Numbered from the stretch's first letter, positions 1 through 10,251 are shown. The stretch is 64,000 nt of DNA from Aurantibacter aestuarii (GCF_003008425.1 NZ_PXOQ01000007.1:456419-520418); one strand, 5' to 3'. The notes: generated from the sequence alone by a model not told the origin. Made by a program: numbers and translations.

Positions 1-1100
1 TAAACCAATGGTTTGGAAGAACAGTTACTTATAGTGATGCACGTTTTGCTTACGAAGAAGCTCAGGCTGTTATAGAAAGCGGTACAAATAATATACCAGC
101 AGAGGTATCTTTAACCGGTGAAGCCTATAATACTTCGGAAGATATTTCCTATGCCATTTTAAAATTAGACCAGCTTGCCAAAAAAATGCGTATTAAACGT
201 ATGGCACATGGGGCTATTTCTTTTGATAAAGTTGAAGTTAAATTCAATTTAGACGAAGATGCTAATCCAGTTGGCGTATTTTTTAAAACCAGTAAAGATG
301 CTAATAAATTAATTGAAGAATTTATGTTATTAGCCAATCGTAAGGTATCCGAATTTGTAAGTAAGAAAAAACCAGAAAAAACATTTGTGTACAGAGTTCA
401 TGACGAACCAGACGACACTAAATTAGCATCCTTACAAACTGTGGTTTCTCGTTTTGGTTACAAGCTTAACTTTAAAGACAGAAAAACCACTACAGCCTCT
501 CTAAATAAACTTTTAAGTGATGTTAATGGTCGTAAAGAGCAAAATTTAGTAGATACACTAGCTATTCGTACCATGAGTAAAGCCGAATATACGACCAAAA
601 ATATTGGTCATTATGGTTTAGCGTTCGATTATTACAGTCATTTTACCTCACCAATCCGTCGTTATCCCGATGTTATGGCGCATAGATTATTACAACGTTA
701 TCTGGATGGCGAAAAAAGCGCCAATGGAGAAGTGTATGAAGAGAAATGTAAACATTCGTCTAACATGGAAAATCTAGCTACAAAAGCCGAGCGTGACAGT
801 ATTAAATACATGCAGGTGAAATTTATGCAAGATCACCAAGATGAAGAGTTTTTAGGTGTTATTTCCGGAGCTACCGAATGGGGAATTTATGTAGAAATTA
901 TTTCTAATAAATGTGAAGGTATGGTAAGAACCAAAGACATAAAAGGCGATTATTACGAGTTTGATGCAGAAAATTATGCCATAGTTGGAAGAGATACCAA
1001 ACAAGTGTTTCAACTAGGAGACGAAGTCATCGTAAAAGTAAAAAACGCCGATTTAGTTAAAAAACATTTAGATTTTACTCTAGTTGGGAAACCGGAATAA
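1..1100 (+). CDS. rnr: Ribonuclease R (VacB/RNase II family), 5'-partial; C-terminal catalytic core plus S1 domain
   Basis: Frame 3 is open from the window edge; the listed ORF 186..1100 is only the in-window Met-start part. RNB-family motifs present (LIEEFMLLANRKVSEF, HYGLAFDYYSHFTSPIRRYPD), with a C-terminal S1-like domain. Confidence 0.8.
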   Translation, partial: NQWFGRTVTYSDARFAYEEAQAVIESGTNNIPAEVSLTGEAYNTSEDISYAILKLDQLAKKMRIKRMAHGAISFDKVEVKFNLDEDANPVGVFFKTSKDANKLIEEFMLLANRKVSEFVSKKKPEKTFVYRVHDEPDDTKLASLQTVVSRFGYKLNFKDRKTTTASLNKLLSDVNGRKEQNLVDTLAIRTMSKAEYTTKNIGHYGLAFDYYSHFTSPIRRYPDVMAHRLLQRYLDGEKSANGEVYEEKCKHSSNMENLATKAERDSIKYMQVKFMQDHQDEEFLGVISGATEWGIYVEIISNKCEGMVRTKDIKGDYYEFDAENYAIVGRDTKQVFQLGDEVIVKVKNADLVKKHLDFTLVGKPE

Positions 1101-1123
1101 AAAGTTTTAAAGCAACTTTCAAT

Positions 1124-1164
1124 AAATCCTTTAGAAAACACTAATCTAAAGGATTTTTTATTTT
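1124..1164 (+). terminator. Intrinsic terminator downstream of rnr
   Basis: 11-bp perfect stem AAATCCTTTAG/CTAAAGGATTT with an 11-nt loop, followed by TTTTTATTTT. Confidence 0.6.
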
Positions 1165-1176
1165 AAAATTGTGTCT

Positions 1177-1305
1177 GGTCGAGCGAAGTCGAGACCTCAT
1201 TCAAGATATGAAAAAGTGTCAATTCGAGTGTTTTAATTTGTAGCGTAGCGAAAAATTAAAATGTATCGAGAACCTTTTTCATTAAAATTTATTTAGATTT
1301 ACTTC
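1177..1305. repeat. MITE/REP-like intergenic element (same family as 41121-41450)
   Basis: Starts TGTCTGGTCGAGCGAAGTCGAGACCTCATT and ends TTCATTAAAATTTATTTAG. The copies at 41121 and 41339 start TGTCTGGTTGAGCTTAGTCGAAACCTATTT and one ends TTCATTAAAATTTAATTTA. Confidence 0.4.
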
Positions 1306-1331
1306 TCAACTAACCTCTAAATACTACTAAA

Positions 1332-1628
1332 ATGATACTTACCACCACAAATTCCGTAGAAGGCTATAAAATAATAGAATATAAAGGTTTAGTTACTGGA
1401 ACCTCATCTAATGTTAAAACCAAATTTTCATTTAAAACAGAAAAAAACTTAGACATTAGCTCAGAGGTTATTAACACAGCGCAAGAAGAAGCTTTTCAAA
1501 AGCTACAAGAGCATGCCGAGTTAAAAAATGCCAATGCAGTTGTAGGAATAAGTGTAGATTTTGAAAATTTTCAAGGTTCTTATTTTTTCGTGACGGTAAT
1601 AGGAACAGCTGTTCATATCGCTAAGTAA
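1332..1628 (+). CDS. YbjQ/UPF0145 family protein
   Basis: 98 aa; EGYKIIEYKGLVTG...VVGISVDFENF...TAVHI is typical of the YbjQ (DUF74) family. Confidence 0.7.
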   Translation: MILTTTNSVEGYKIIEYKGLVTGTSSNVKTKFSFKTEKNLDISSEVINTAQEEAFQKLQEHAELKNANAVVGISVDFENFQGSYFFVTVIGTAVHIAK

Positions 1629-1671
1629 TTCATAAAATTTTCTTTACTTTGTAGTAAACAGCTATATTTTT

Positions 1672-2352
1672 ATGTTAGACGATATAATTGCGGGAATTCC
1701 TTTTGGTATTATACTTTCCTTTACCATAGGACCTGTTTTTTTCGTTTTATTAGAAACTGGTGCTACAAAAGGCTTTAAAAGCGCATTGGTTTTTGATGCT
1801 GGCGTTATTTTAGCCGATATTTTATTTATCCTCGTAGCATTTTACAGTACCGAAAATTTAATAGATAAAGTTAAAGGCGATAGTAATTTTTTGGTCTTTG
1901 GTGGCGTATTACTTATTATTTACGGCATAATTTCTTTCCTAAAAGCTTCAAAATCTTTTAAATCTATTGTTAGAGAATATCAAGAAGTTCATATTCAAAA
2001 AGATTACTGGAAGCTATTTGTAAAAGGATTTTTACTAAACTTTATAAATATTGGGGTTTTAATAGGTTGGTTAGGTTTTATTGTTTTAGCCAACTCCTTA
2101 ACCAGTTCTTACAATGGCGTTTTTCTATTTATTTGTGGAATGTTAGGAAGTTATTTTGTGGCCGATTTATTCAAAATTACTTTGGCAAAACGCTTAAAAC
2201 GAAAATTAACTCCTAAACGCATTTTTAAAACTAAGAAAATTATAGCACTTGTTATTCTTGGATTTGGCATATTACTACTCGTACAAGGTTTTTTCCCAAA
2301 AGAAAAAGCACGTTTGCAACATAAAATTGAAGCTTTAAATCCGTTGGATTAA
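1672..2352 (+). CDS. LysE/RhtB-family amino-acid exporter
   Basis: 226 aa, about 6 TM helices, with an N-terminal GIILSFTIGPVFFVLLETG motif. Confidence 0.65.
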   Translation: MLDDIIAGIPFGIILSFTIGPVFFVLLETGATKGFKSALVFDAGVILADILFILVAFYSTENLIDKVKGDSNFLVFGGVLLIIYGIISFLKASKSFKSIVREYQEVHIQKDYWKLFVKGFLLNFINIGVLIGWLGFIVLANSLTSSYNGVFLFICGMLGSYFVADLFKITLAKRLKRKLTPKRIFKTKKIIALVILGFGILLLVQGFFPKEKARLQHKIEALNPLD

Positions 2353-2366
2353 TTTTTTTTAAACAA

Positions 2367-3107
2367 TTAAAAAAACACATCGATATATTTTTTCCAATCC
2401 GACTGCGATTTAATATTTAATTTCTTAATTATATTTCTTCGGTGTGTAATTACGGTGTTTTTAGATATAAATAAAGCTTTAGCAATTTCTGTTTTATCTT
2501 TGCCTTCACCAATTAATTTAATTATTTCAATTTCTCTTATCGTTAATAAATCAAAAAATTGTTTATTATGTACTCTAAAGTTTAAATGTTTATTTAATTT
2601 TTTTAGATATTTTATGGTTTGTGGTAAATGTCTATGTTCAACATCAAAACTCACCTTACTTTTGTCATTAAGATGGTCTATTTTAAGGCTAGTTTCTGTA
2701 ATATTCTCTTCTAGATTTTTTTCGTGTAAAAAAGCCAAAGCCTTTTCTGTACATATAAAATATCTAGGTTGTAAAACCGACTTTACTTCGTTAAAAGAAT
2801 TTATAATAGACAAGTATGCAAATTGTTCTTTAGGCACAGTAAAAGCAAGTTTACGCAAACCAGCTTTGTATTGAGGGACTAATATGTGCTCTTCTATCCA
2901 ATTGTACATCTCTTCAGGGATTTCTAAATCGAAATTATCTTGAATCCAAAGTAAGCCTTTTGGTTTATACTTAAAAAATAGGTCTAAAAAATGTTTTAAT
3001 TCATTTTTAAAAACAGAAGTATTTAAAGGTTTAGTTGTCCAATTTTGTATTAATATATTATTACTACTATAAATTTCTATATATGCGGAAGCATAGATTT
3101 TCGTCAT
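2367..3107 (-). CDS. LuxR-family transcriptional regulator (C-terminal HTH, unknown N-terminal domain)
   Basis: C-terminus LTIREIEIIKLIGEGKDKTEIAKALFISKNTVITHRRNIIKKLN matches the LuxR/GerE HTH. Confidence 0.7.
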   Translation of the reverse strand: MTKIYASAYIEIYSSNNILIQNWTTKPLNTSVFKNELKHFLDLFFKYKPKGLLWIQDNFDLEIPEEMYNWIEEHILVPQYKAGLRKLAFTVPKEQFAYLSIINSFNEVKSVLQPRYFICTEKALAFLHEKNLEENITETSLKIDHLNDKSKVSFDVEHRHLPQTIKYLKKLNKHLNFRVHNKQFFDLLTIREIEIIKLIGEGKDKTEIAKALFISKNTVITHRRNIIKKLNIKSQSDWKKYIDVFF

Positions 3108-3239
3108 TTTATTTTAATTATAAGTTGGTTGTGTTTGAAAAATAGTGATAAAATAATAATTAACAAAAAAATACCTAGAAGTAGGTATTTACAATAATTA
3201 GTTAAAAATATAACTTTGTAAATATTTAAAAATATTATT

Positions 3240-4709
3240 ATGAAACATTTTTTACTCTTTTTAATCATTCCATTTATTAGCTTAAGTCAAGTACAAATAG
3301 GGCAAGATATAGATGGTGAAGCGGCTAATGACTCTAGTGGTAGTTCAATAAGTTTAAATGCAATAGGAAATATAATAGCTATCGGTGCAACTAATAATGA
3401 TGGGAATGGTAATTTCTCTGGACATGTACGAATTTATGAAAACCAAAGCGGTAATTGGATGCAAATTGGTCAAGATATAGATGGAGAAGTAGCAGATGAC
3501 AGAAGTGGTCGAAGTGTGAGTTTATCATCAGATGGTGGCATTGTTGCTATTGGAGCAAATTTTAACGATGCAAATGGATCTGAAGCCGGTCATGTTCGTG
3601 TATATGAAAATATTGCTGACAATTGGATTCAGTTAGGTCAGGATATAGACGGTGAAGCTTTAGGTGACTTGAGTGGTCAATCAATAAGTTTAAATTCAAC
3701 TGGAAATATTATTGCTATCGGTGCTCCTCATAATGACGAAAACGGTGCTAACTCTGGTCATGTTCGTATATTTGAATATGTTTCTAATAATTGGTTACAG
3801 ATTGGGAGTGATATTGACGGTGTAGGTACAAATGATCAAAGCGGTTTTTCAGTAAGTTTGAACTCAACTGGAAATATCATTGCTATCGGAGCTCCTTATA
3901 ATGACGGAAATGGTAATGGTTCAGGCCATGTTCGTGTTTATGAAAACATCGCTGGAAATTGGACACAAATTGGTAATGATATAGAAGGAGAAATTGCTGG
4001 TGATCAAATTGGATACGACATTGAATTAAATGGGTTAGGTGATATAATAGCAATTGGTACAGCTCCAAAGTTTGCAATAGGAATAGATTCTGGTATTAGT
4101 AGAATCTATAAATTTCAAAATAACAATTGGGTAAAAGTTGGTAGTGATATCATTGGAGAAACAATTAATGATGAAAGTGGTAGTGCCATAAGTTTGAGTT
4201 CTGATGGTAATATAGTAGCTATTGGTGCATATAGAAATGATGGAAATGGAACTGACTCTGGCCATGTAAGGGTTTTACAAAATATAAATGACAACTGGAT
4301 TCAAATCGGAAATGATATTGATGGCGAATCAGCTGATGATATCAGTGGATCAAATGTTAGTTTATCTTCAGATGGCACAACTTTAGCGGTAGGTGCACAA
4401 TTAAATGATGGAAATGGTAACAATTCCGGTCACGTGCGTGTTTTCGATATTTCTGGAATTACTTTATCTACAACCAAACAATCTTTACCAAGTATTAGTT
4501 TGGTACCAAACCCAACACAAGATAGTTTTACTATTAGTTTATCAAATGCTATACAATTACAAAAAGTCGTTATTTATAACAGTTTAGGGCAATTAGTTAG
4601 CACTTATAACACATCAACAATAAGTGTTGCAAATTTTAATACAGGTGTGTATTATATTTCTATACATACTAATAAAGGGATAAGCAAACACAAACTTATA
4701 AAACGTTAA
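3240..4709 (+). CDS. Secreted 8x FG-GAP-like beta-propeller repeat protein with T9SS C-terminal sorting domain
   Basis: Signal peptide, then eight ~47-aa repeats W.QIG.DIDGE..D.SG.SVSL...G.IIAIGA..NDGNG..SGHVRVYE. The C-terminus ...VYYISIHTNKGISKHKLIKR resembles a Por/T9SS CTD. Confidence 0.75.
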   Translation: MKHFLLFLIIPFISLSQVQIGQDIDGEAANDSSGSSISLNAIGNIIAIGATNNDGNGNFSGHVRIYENQSGNWMQIGQDIDGEVADDRSGRSVSLSSDGGIVAIGANFNDANGSEAGHVRVYENIADNWIQLGQDIDGEALGDLSGQSISLNSTGNIIAIGAPHNDENGANSGHVRIFEYVSNNWLQIGSDIDGVGTNDQSGFSVSLNSTGNIIAIGAPYNDGNGNGSGHVRVYENIAGNWTQIGNDIEGEIAGDQIGYDIELNGLGDIIAIGTAPKFAIGIDSGISRIYKFQNNNWVKVGSDIIGETINDESGSAISLSSDGNIVAIGAYRNDGNGTDSGHVRVLQNINDNWIQIGNDIDGESADDISGSNVSLSSDGTTLAVGAQLNDGNGNNSGHVRVFDISGITLSTTKQSLPSISLVPNPTQDSFTISLSNAIQLQKVVIYNSLGQLVSTYNTSTISVANFNTGVYYISIHTNKGISKHKLIKR

Positions 4710-4736
4710 AGCAAGTAAATACTAATTATAAAGTCA

Positions 4737-4772
4737 TTACGAGGAGGGACAACGAAGTAATCTTTTCATTTT
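4737..4772 (+). terminator. Probable intrinsic terminator after the FG-GAP gene
   Basis: Imperfect hairpin ATTACGAGGAGGGACAACGAAGTAAT followed by CTTTTCATTTT. Confidence 0.35.
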
Positions 4773-4835
4773 GAAAGGGTTTTAATTTAACATTTTGCTT
4801 CGTCATACTTCCTCGCAAAGACGATTGAAAGAATG

Positions 4836-4879
4836 TTACAATTAAAAATAAAAAAGCGCTACTTAAATAAGTAACGCTT
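4836..4879 (-). terminator. Intrinsic terminator downstream of tRNA-Cys
   Basis: Bulged 10-bp hairpin (AAGCG.TACTT / AAGTA.CGCTT), followed on the minus strand by UUUUUUAUUUUUAAUU. Confidence 0.55.
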
Positions 4880-4887
4880 AAATCTAG

Positions 4888-4958
4888 AGGCGTCGAGCGG
4901 ATTCGAACCGCTGTACAAGGTTTTGCAGACCTCTGCCTAGCCACTCGGCCACGACGCC
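4888..4958 (-). tRNA. tRNA-Cys (anticodon GCA)
   Basis: Reverse complement GGCGTCGTGGCCGAGTGGCTAGGCAGAGGTCTGCAAAACCTTGTACAGCGGTTCGAATCCGCTCGACGCC. It has a 7-bp acceptor stem, a GGTTCGAATCC T-arm and an anticodon loop CTGCAAA. Confidence 0.85.
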
Positions 4959-5020
4959 ATTAATTCTAAATTAATAGGACAGCAAATATAAAAAATTAAA
5001 GGTTTTATAACCTAAACTTT

Positions 5021-5383
5021 TTATGCTTTTCTTTTTTCTGTCATTTCTATAGTTACCATTTGCACATCGCCACCTATAGGTGGGTTTATTTTACTAACAC
5101 TTACGGTAGCAATAGTTACTAAACAATCTTCTTTAAAAATACGGTCTATAATACGTTTGGCTACTTTTTCTAAAAGAGCATTTGGTATAGCCATTTCCTC
5201 GACCACAATTTTATTTAAAAGTACATAATCTACCGTATCTTCAAGTTTATCACTTACAGCGCTTTTTTGTAAATCGGCTTTAACTTTTAAATCTACTCTA
5301 TATTCGCTGCCAATAGCGGTTTCTTCTTTTAAACAGCCATGATGTGCGTAAACACGAATGTTTTCAACTTTTATTATTCCCAT
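5021..5383 (-). CDS. folB: Dihydroneopterin aldolase
   Basis: 120 aa; N-terminus MGIIKVENIRVYAHHGCLKEE...YRVDL matches the FolB fold family. Confidence 0.75.
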   Translation of the reverse strand: MGIIKVENIRVYAHHGCLKEETAIGSEYRVDLKVKADLQKSAVSDKLEDTVDYVLLNKIVVEEMAIPNALLEKVAKRIIDRIFKEDCLVTIATVSVSKINPPIGGDVQMVTIEMTEKRKA

Positions 5384-5433
5384 GTGGCAAATATAATTGC
5401 ATTGAGATTACTACACTACGTTTAAAATGAAAA

Positions 5434-5634
5434 TTAACTGGTAAAAAAATCAAAAATATTACTTAGCGCACTGGTTTTAGTTTTATAAAATTCTGTATAC
5501 GTACATTTTTTACAGGTTACGCTACTAAACTTCTTGTTTTGTACATCAAATATTTTAGATAAAGTACCACCAGTAGCTCTCATTTCACCAATTTCGTAGG
5601 TGGTATTTTCACATTTAGGACATTTGTAAGGCAT
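5434..5634 (-). CDS. Small zinc-ribbon protein
   Basis: 66 aa with CPKC...CKKC pairs; sits in its own intergenic slot. Confidence 0.5.
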   Translation of the reverse strand: MPYKCPKCENTTYEIGEMRATGGTLSKIFDVQNKKFSSVTCKKCTYTEFYKTKTSALSNIFDFFTS

Positions 5635-5738
5635 CGTTTTGTAATTTTAATTTGTATTAATATAGTATTAGTATAAAATTAATACGATTTGTTACGAATT
5701 TACTTAATTTTACAGCCTATTACAAGTAACCATTACAT

Positions 5739-7754
5739 ATGTCTGAAGATAAAAAAGCGCTCAATTTTTTAGAGCATATTATAGAAGAAGATTTAGCCAA
5801 CGGATTAGCTAAAGATAAACTACGTTTCCGTTTTCCACCAGAGCCAAATGGGTATTTACATATTGGTCACACTAAAGCTATAGGCATTAGTTTTGGATTG
5901 GGAGAACGTTACAACGCACCTGTAAACTTACGTTTTGACGATACTAATCCAGCAAAAGAAGAGCAGGAATATGTAGATGCTATTAAACGTGATATTGAAT
6001 GGTTAGGTTACCATTGGGCAGAAGAACGCTACTCGTCAGACTATTTTCAAGAATTATACGACTGGGCGGTTTTAATGATTAAAGATGGCAAAGCTTATGT
6101 AGATTCTCAATCTAGCGAAGCTATGGCAGAGCAAAAAGGAACGCCAACCCAACCAGGTGTAGATGGACCGTTTAGAAACCGTACAGTCGAGGAAAATTTA
6201 GAGCTATTCTCTAAAATGAAAAATGGAGACTTCAAAGACGGCGAACATATTTTACGTGCTAAAATAGACATGCAACATACCAATATGTTAATGCGTGATC
6301 CAATTATGTACCGTGTATTACACAAGCATCACCATAGAACAGCAAATGATTGGTGTATTTACCCAATGTACGACTGGACGCATGGAGAAAGTGATTATAT
6401 AGAACAAATATCTCACTCCTTATGTTCCTTAGAATTTAAACCACATAGAGAACTTTACGACTGGTTTAAGGAAACAGTTTATAGTTATGCAAAAGATAAA
6501 TATCCAATGCAACCTAAACAACGTGAATTTGCGCGTTTGAATTTAAGTTACACCATTATGAGCAAGCGTAAATTACTTAAACTGGTGGAAGAGCAAATTG
6601 TTACTGGATGGGATGATCCAAGAATGCCAACTATTTCTGGGTTGCGTAGAAGAGGTTACACACCAAACGCCATAAGAAATTTTGTAGAAAAGGCAGGTGT
6701 TGCTAAGCGTGATAATGTTATTGATGTCGCTCTTTTAGAATTTTGCGTTCGGGAAGATTTAAATAAAACGGCGCCACGTGTTATGGCAGTTTTAGATCCG
6801 CTTAAAGTGGTAATTACTAATTATCCTGAAGATAAAGTGGAATGGCTTGAAGCTGAAAATAACCAAGAAGATGAGAGTGCCGGTTTTAGAAAAGTGCCTT
6901 TTTCTAGAGAAATTTATATAGAAAAAGAAGATTTTAAAGAAGAAGCAAGCAGTAAATTTTTCCGTTTACAAATAGGTGGAGAAGTAAGATTAAAAAATGC
7001 TTATATCATAAAAGCTGAAAGTGTTGTAAAAGATGCTGAAGGTAACATTACAGAAGTACATTGTACCTATTCTGAAGACACTGAAAAACGTGTTAAAGGG
7101 ACATTACACTGGGTTTCAATTCCACACGCTATTAAAGCAGAAGTAAGAGAGTACGATCGTTTATTTAATGATGAAGCACCAGATAGTCATGAAAACAAAG
7201 ACTTTATGGAGTTTATAAATCCAGATTCTTTACAAATTATTGAGGCGTTTGTAGAGCCAAGTTTAAAAGAGGCTAAAGCAGGAGACCAGTTTCAGTTTCA
7301 ACGTTTAGGTTATTTTAATGTGGATAACGATACAACTAATGGTCATTTGGTGTTTAATAAAACAGTTGGTTTAAGAGATTCTTGGGCTAAGCAAAAACCA
7401 AAACCTCAACAACAAAAACAAGCACCAAAACAAACTAATCATCCGCAACAAGGAGCAAAAGCTATTAATACCATAAATAAATTAGGTAAAAAATACACTA
7501 ATTTACCAGAGGAAAAACAGTTAAAAGTTCGTGCCGAAATTTTAGAATTAGCCAAAGACGTTTCTTATGAAGAATTAGAGCCTTTATTTGGAACAGCAGT
7601 TAAAAAAGTAGGAACACGTATTGCAGCAACCTTAATTTTAAGTGTAAAACTTGACGAAGGTTTAGAAAGAAATCCTGCTATAAACGAGTTTATAGAAAAA
7701 GCTTTAGAAGACGATAACGAACTTTTGGTTCAAGAAGCATCTTTGCTTAATTAG
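5739..7754 (+). CDS. glnS: Glutaminyl-tRNA synthetase with a ~120-aa C-terminal extension
   Basis: Class I HIGH (PEPNGYLHIGH) and KMSKR-like (IMSKRKL) motifs; 671 aa against ~555 aa for a typical GlnRS. A Q/K-rich linker KQKPKPQQQKQAPKQ is followed by a helical domain. Confidence 0.9.
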   Translation: MSEDKKALNFLEHIIEEDLANGLAKDKLRFRFPPEPNGYLHIGHTKAIGISFGLGERYNAPVNLRFDDTNPAKEEQEYVDAIKRDIEWLGYHWAEERYSSDYFQELYDWAVLMIKDGKAYVDSQSSEAMAEQKGTPTQPGVDGPFRNRTVEENLELFSKMKNGDFKDGEHILRAKIDMQHTNMLMRDPIMYRVLHKHHHRTANDWCIYPMYDWTHGESDYIEQISHSLCSLEFKPHRELYDWFKETVYSYAKDKYPMQPKQREFARLNLSYTIMSKRKLLKLVEEQIVTGWDDPRMPTISGLRRRGYTPNAIRNFVEKAGVAKRDNVIDVALLEFCVREDLNKTAPRVMAVLDPLKVVITNYPEDKVEWLEAENNQEDESAGFRKVPFSREIYIEKEDFKEEASSKFFRLQIGGEVRLKNAYIIKAESVVKDAEGNITEVHCTYSEDTEKRVKGTLHWVSIPHAIKAEVREYDRLFNDEAPDSHENKDFMEFINPDSLQIIEAFVEPSLKEAKAGDQFQFQRLGYFNVDNDTTNGHLVFNKTVGLRDSWAKQKPKPQQQKQAPKQTNHPQQGAKAINTINKLGKKYTNLPEEKQLKVRAEILELAKDVSYEELEPLFGTAVKKVGTRIAATLILSVKLDEGLERNPAINEFIEKALEDDNELLVQEASLLN

Positions 7755-7826
7755 TTTCAAGAATTATAACATAAAAGCTCTTAAATATCACGATATTTAA
7801 GAGCTTTTTTTAATAATAAATTTAAG

Positions 7827-8300
7827 TTATTCTCTGAACTGCCCGAAAAACTGACTGCCATCAAATGAAAAAATATTTATTTCATTCAAACCTCCATTGC
7901 TACTTTCCGATACCGCAAAGCGAACATCAAATTGGCAATTATCTCTAAACACCACTTCTGCAGCACTAGTTTGAAAAGGGTTTTCAACAGTAACACAATC
8001 GCCATTATAAGTAAAAATTAGCTTATTATCGCTTGTTACTTCAGCAGTAGCAACCGCAGCAGCAGGAAATGGACCTCCAGTTTGTATTTCGTCATAATTC
8101 AATGTGTAATTTCCTACAATACTTGCTGCAACAGTACCTGCAGTTTCTCCATTGGCAAGTGCAACATTACAAACAGGTCCATTAGTACAGCTACTTACTG
8201 GAGCTGGTAAAGGAGCTTGTGTTAAGGTTTGAGCATCGTCGTCGCTGCTACAATTCCATAAAAGCATGGTTAAAACCATTACATAAATACATTTTTTCAT
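7827..8300 (-). CDS. Lipoprotein, hypothetical
   Basis: Signal peptide with LWNCSS lipobox-like Cys; Cys-containing beta-rich sequence. Confidence 0.5.
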   Translation of the reverse strand: MKKCIYVMVLTMLLWNCSSDDDAQTLTQAPLPAPVSSCTNGPVCNVALANGETAGTVAASIVGNYTLNYDEIQTGGPFPAAAVATAEVTSDNKLIFTYNGDCVTVENPFQTSAAEVVFRDNCQFDVRFAVSESSNGGLNEINIFSFDGSQFFGQFRE

Positions 8301-8415
8301 CGTGTTAGTTTTTAAATTAATAGACTCAAAATTCTATATTTAATACAGTAAAAACAATACGTCAAATGCCTTATAAGTTGAATGCTTAAAAATCTAAACA
8401 CTCATTTTTTCTAAC

Positions 8416-8423
8416 TATATTTG
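8416..8423 (+). promoter_or_regulatory. Bacteroidetes-type -7 box (TATATTTG) upstream of lepA
   Basis: TAnnTTTG match about 32 bp upstream of the lepA ATG. Confidence 0.4.
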
Positions 8424-8454
8424 CAGCATCTACTTTGTTTAGAGACGAAAGACT

Positions 8455-10251
8455 ATGAAGAATATTAGAAACTTTTGCATTATTGCACATATTGACCACG
8501 GAAAAAGCACACTTGCCGATCGTTTACTAGGTCATACAGGAACTGTTACCGCTCGTGAAGAGCAAGCGCAGTTATTAGATAGTATGGATTTGGAACGTGA
8601 ACGTGGGATTACTATAAAATCGCACGCCATTCAAATGGAATATCATTATGAAGGTGAAGATTATATCTTAAATTTAATTGACACTCCAGGTCACGTGGAT
8701 TTTTCTTATGAAGTATCCAGATCTATTGCGGCTTGTGAAGGTGCATTACTTATTGTAGATGCTGCACAAAGTATACAAGCACAAACCATTTCAAATTTAT
8801 ATTTGGCTTTAGAAAATGACTTGGAAATTATTCCAGTTTTAAATAAAGTAGATTTACCAAGTGCTAACCCAGAAGAAGTAACCGATGATATTGTAGATTT
8901 ATTGGGTTGCGATCCAGCTGAGGTTATTCACGCTAGTGGTAAAACAGGTTTTGGTGTAGAAAATATTTTAAAAGCAATTATAGAACGTATTCCGGCTCCT
9001 AAAGGAAATGTCGACGAACCACTTCAAGCCTTAATTTTCGACTCGGTTTATAACCCATTTAGAGGTGTAGAAACTTATTTTAGAGTTATTAATGGTTCTA
9101 TAAAGAAGAATCAACAAATTAAGTTTATTGCCACAGGGAAAACTTATGGTGCAGATGAAGTTGGTACGTTAAAACTAAAACAATTTCCACGTCAAGAAAT
9201 TAAAGCTGGAGATGTAGGTTATGTAATTACTGGTATAAAAGAAGCTAAAGAAGTAAAAGTAGGAGATACTATTACCGATGCTGCCAACCCTACAAAAAAT
9301 GCGATATCTGGTTTCGAAGATGTAAAACCTATGGTATTTGCAGGTATTTACCCGGTAGATACTGAAGATTACGAAGAGCTGCGTAGTTCTATGGAAAAAC
9401 TTCAGTTAAACGATGCGTCTTTAGTATTTGCACCAGAAAGTTCTGCAGCATTAGGCTTCGGATTTCGTTGTGGATTCTTAGGAATGCTTCATATGGAAAT
9501 TATACAGGAGCGTTTAGAACGTGAGTTTGATATGACCGTAATTACTACGGTTCCTAATGTTAGTTACCATGCATTTTCTCACAAAGAACCAGATGATATA
9601 ATTATTGTTAATAACCCGAGTGATTTACCAGAACCATCAAGTTTAAATAGAGTAGAAGAACCTTACATAAAAGCAACCATTATTACAAAATCCGATTTTG
9701 TTGGAAATGTCATGAGTTTGTGTATTGAAAAACGAGGGATGATTTTAAACCAGACTTATTTAACACCAGAACGTGTTGAGTTAACGTTTGAAATGCCTTT
9801 AGCTGAAATTGTTTTCGATTTTTACGATCGTTTAAAAACAGTTTCTAAAGGTTATGCCTCTTTCGATTATCATCCAATTGGTATGAAAGCTTCTAAATTA
9901 GTACGTTTAGATGTTTTATTAAATGCTCAATCTGTGGATGCGCTTTCAGCATTAATTCATACCGATAACGCACACCATATTGGTAAAAAAATGTGCGAAA
10001 AATTAAAAGAATTAATTCCAAGACAACAGTTCGATATTCCTATTCAGGCGGCTATTGGAGCAAAAATTATCGCAAGAGAAACCGTAAAAGCATTACGTAA
10101 AGACGTTACTGCTAAGTGTTATGGTGGAGATATTTCGCGTAAACGTAAATTATTAGAAAAGCAGAAAAAAGGTAAAAAACGTATGCGTCAGGTTGGAAAT
10201 GTAGAAATTCCTCAACAGGCATTTATGGCAGTTCTAAAACTAAACGATTAA
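8455..10251 (+). CDS. lepA: Elongation factor 4 (LepA)
   Basis: N-terminus [23 protein letters not shown] and the GTPase G1-G4 motifs; 598 aa. Confidence 0.95.
   Translation: MKNIRNFCIIAHIDHGKSTLADRLLGHTGTVTAREEQAQLLDSMDLERERGITIKSHAIQMEYHYEGEDYILNLIDTPGHVDFSYEVSRSIAACEGALLIVDAAQSIQAQTISNLYLALENDLEIIPVLNKVDLPSANPEEVTDDIVDLLGCDPAEVIHASGKTGFGVENILKAIIERIPAPKGNVDEPLQALIFDSVYNPFRGVETYFRVINGSIKKNQQIKFIATGKTYGADEVGTLKLKQFPRQEIKAGDVGYVITGIKEAKEVKVGDTITDAANPTKNAISGFEDVKPMVFAGIYPVDTEDYEELRSSMEKLQLNDASLVFAPESSAALGFGFRCGFLGMLHMEIIQERLEREFDMTVITTVPNVSYHAFSHKEPDDIIIVNNPSDLPEPSSLNRVEEPYIKATIITKSDFVGNVMSLCIEKRGMILNQTYLTPERVELTFEMPLAEIVFDFYDRLKTVSKGYASFDYHPIGMKASKLVRLDVLLNAQSVDALSALIHTDNAHHIGKKMCEKLKELIPRQQFDIPIQAAIGAKIIARETVKALRKDVTAKCYGGDISRKRKLLEKQKKGKKRMRQVGNVEIPQQAFMAVLKLND

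Noticed and set aside
149-337. 62-aa minus-strand ORF
   Set aside because: Antisense inside the RNase R coding region, which is open from the window start.
2455-2874. 139-aa ORF antisense to the LuxR-family gene, plus similar antisense or embedded short ORFs (3883..4077, 4035..4265, 4405..4587, 6107..6325, 11878..12069, 12585..12770, 17283..17480, 19428..19727, 23803..24006, 25435..25647, 25755..25958, 26393..26581, 29703..29906, 30297..30494, 30969..31166, 31491..31688, 32250..32435, 33536..33736, 33913..34101, 37383..37574, 39621..39896, 39726..39911, 44435..44875, 49006..49245, 56265..56465, 57184..57426, 62331..62585, 63690..63899)
   Set aside because: All lie inside longer, well-supported genes on the other strand or frame. 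Their composition is low-complexity and AT-codon-biased, and they have no recognisable domains.
3240-4709. Highly regular ~141-bp nucleotide repeats that could resemble a CRISPR or tandem-repeat array
   Set aside because: The repeats are in-frame coding repeats (FG-GAP blades) of one long ORF and have no spacer-like unique segments; there are no cas genes.
4726-4944. 72-aa minus-strand ORF
   Set aside because: It overlaps tRNA-Cys and its terminator; spurious.
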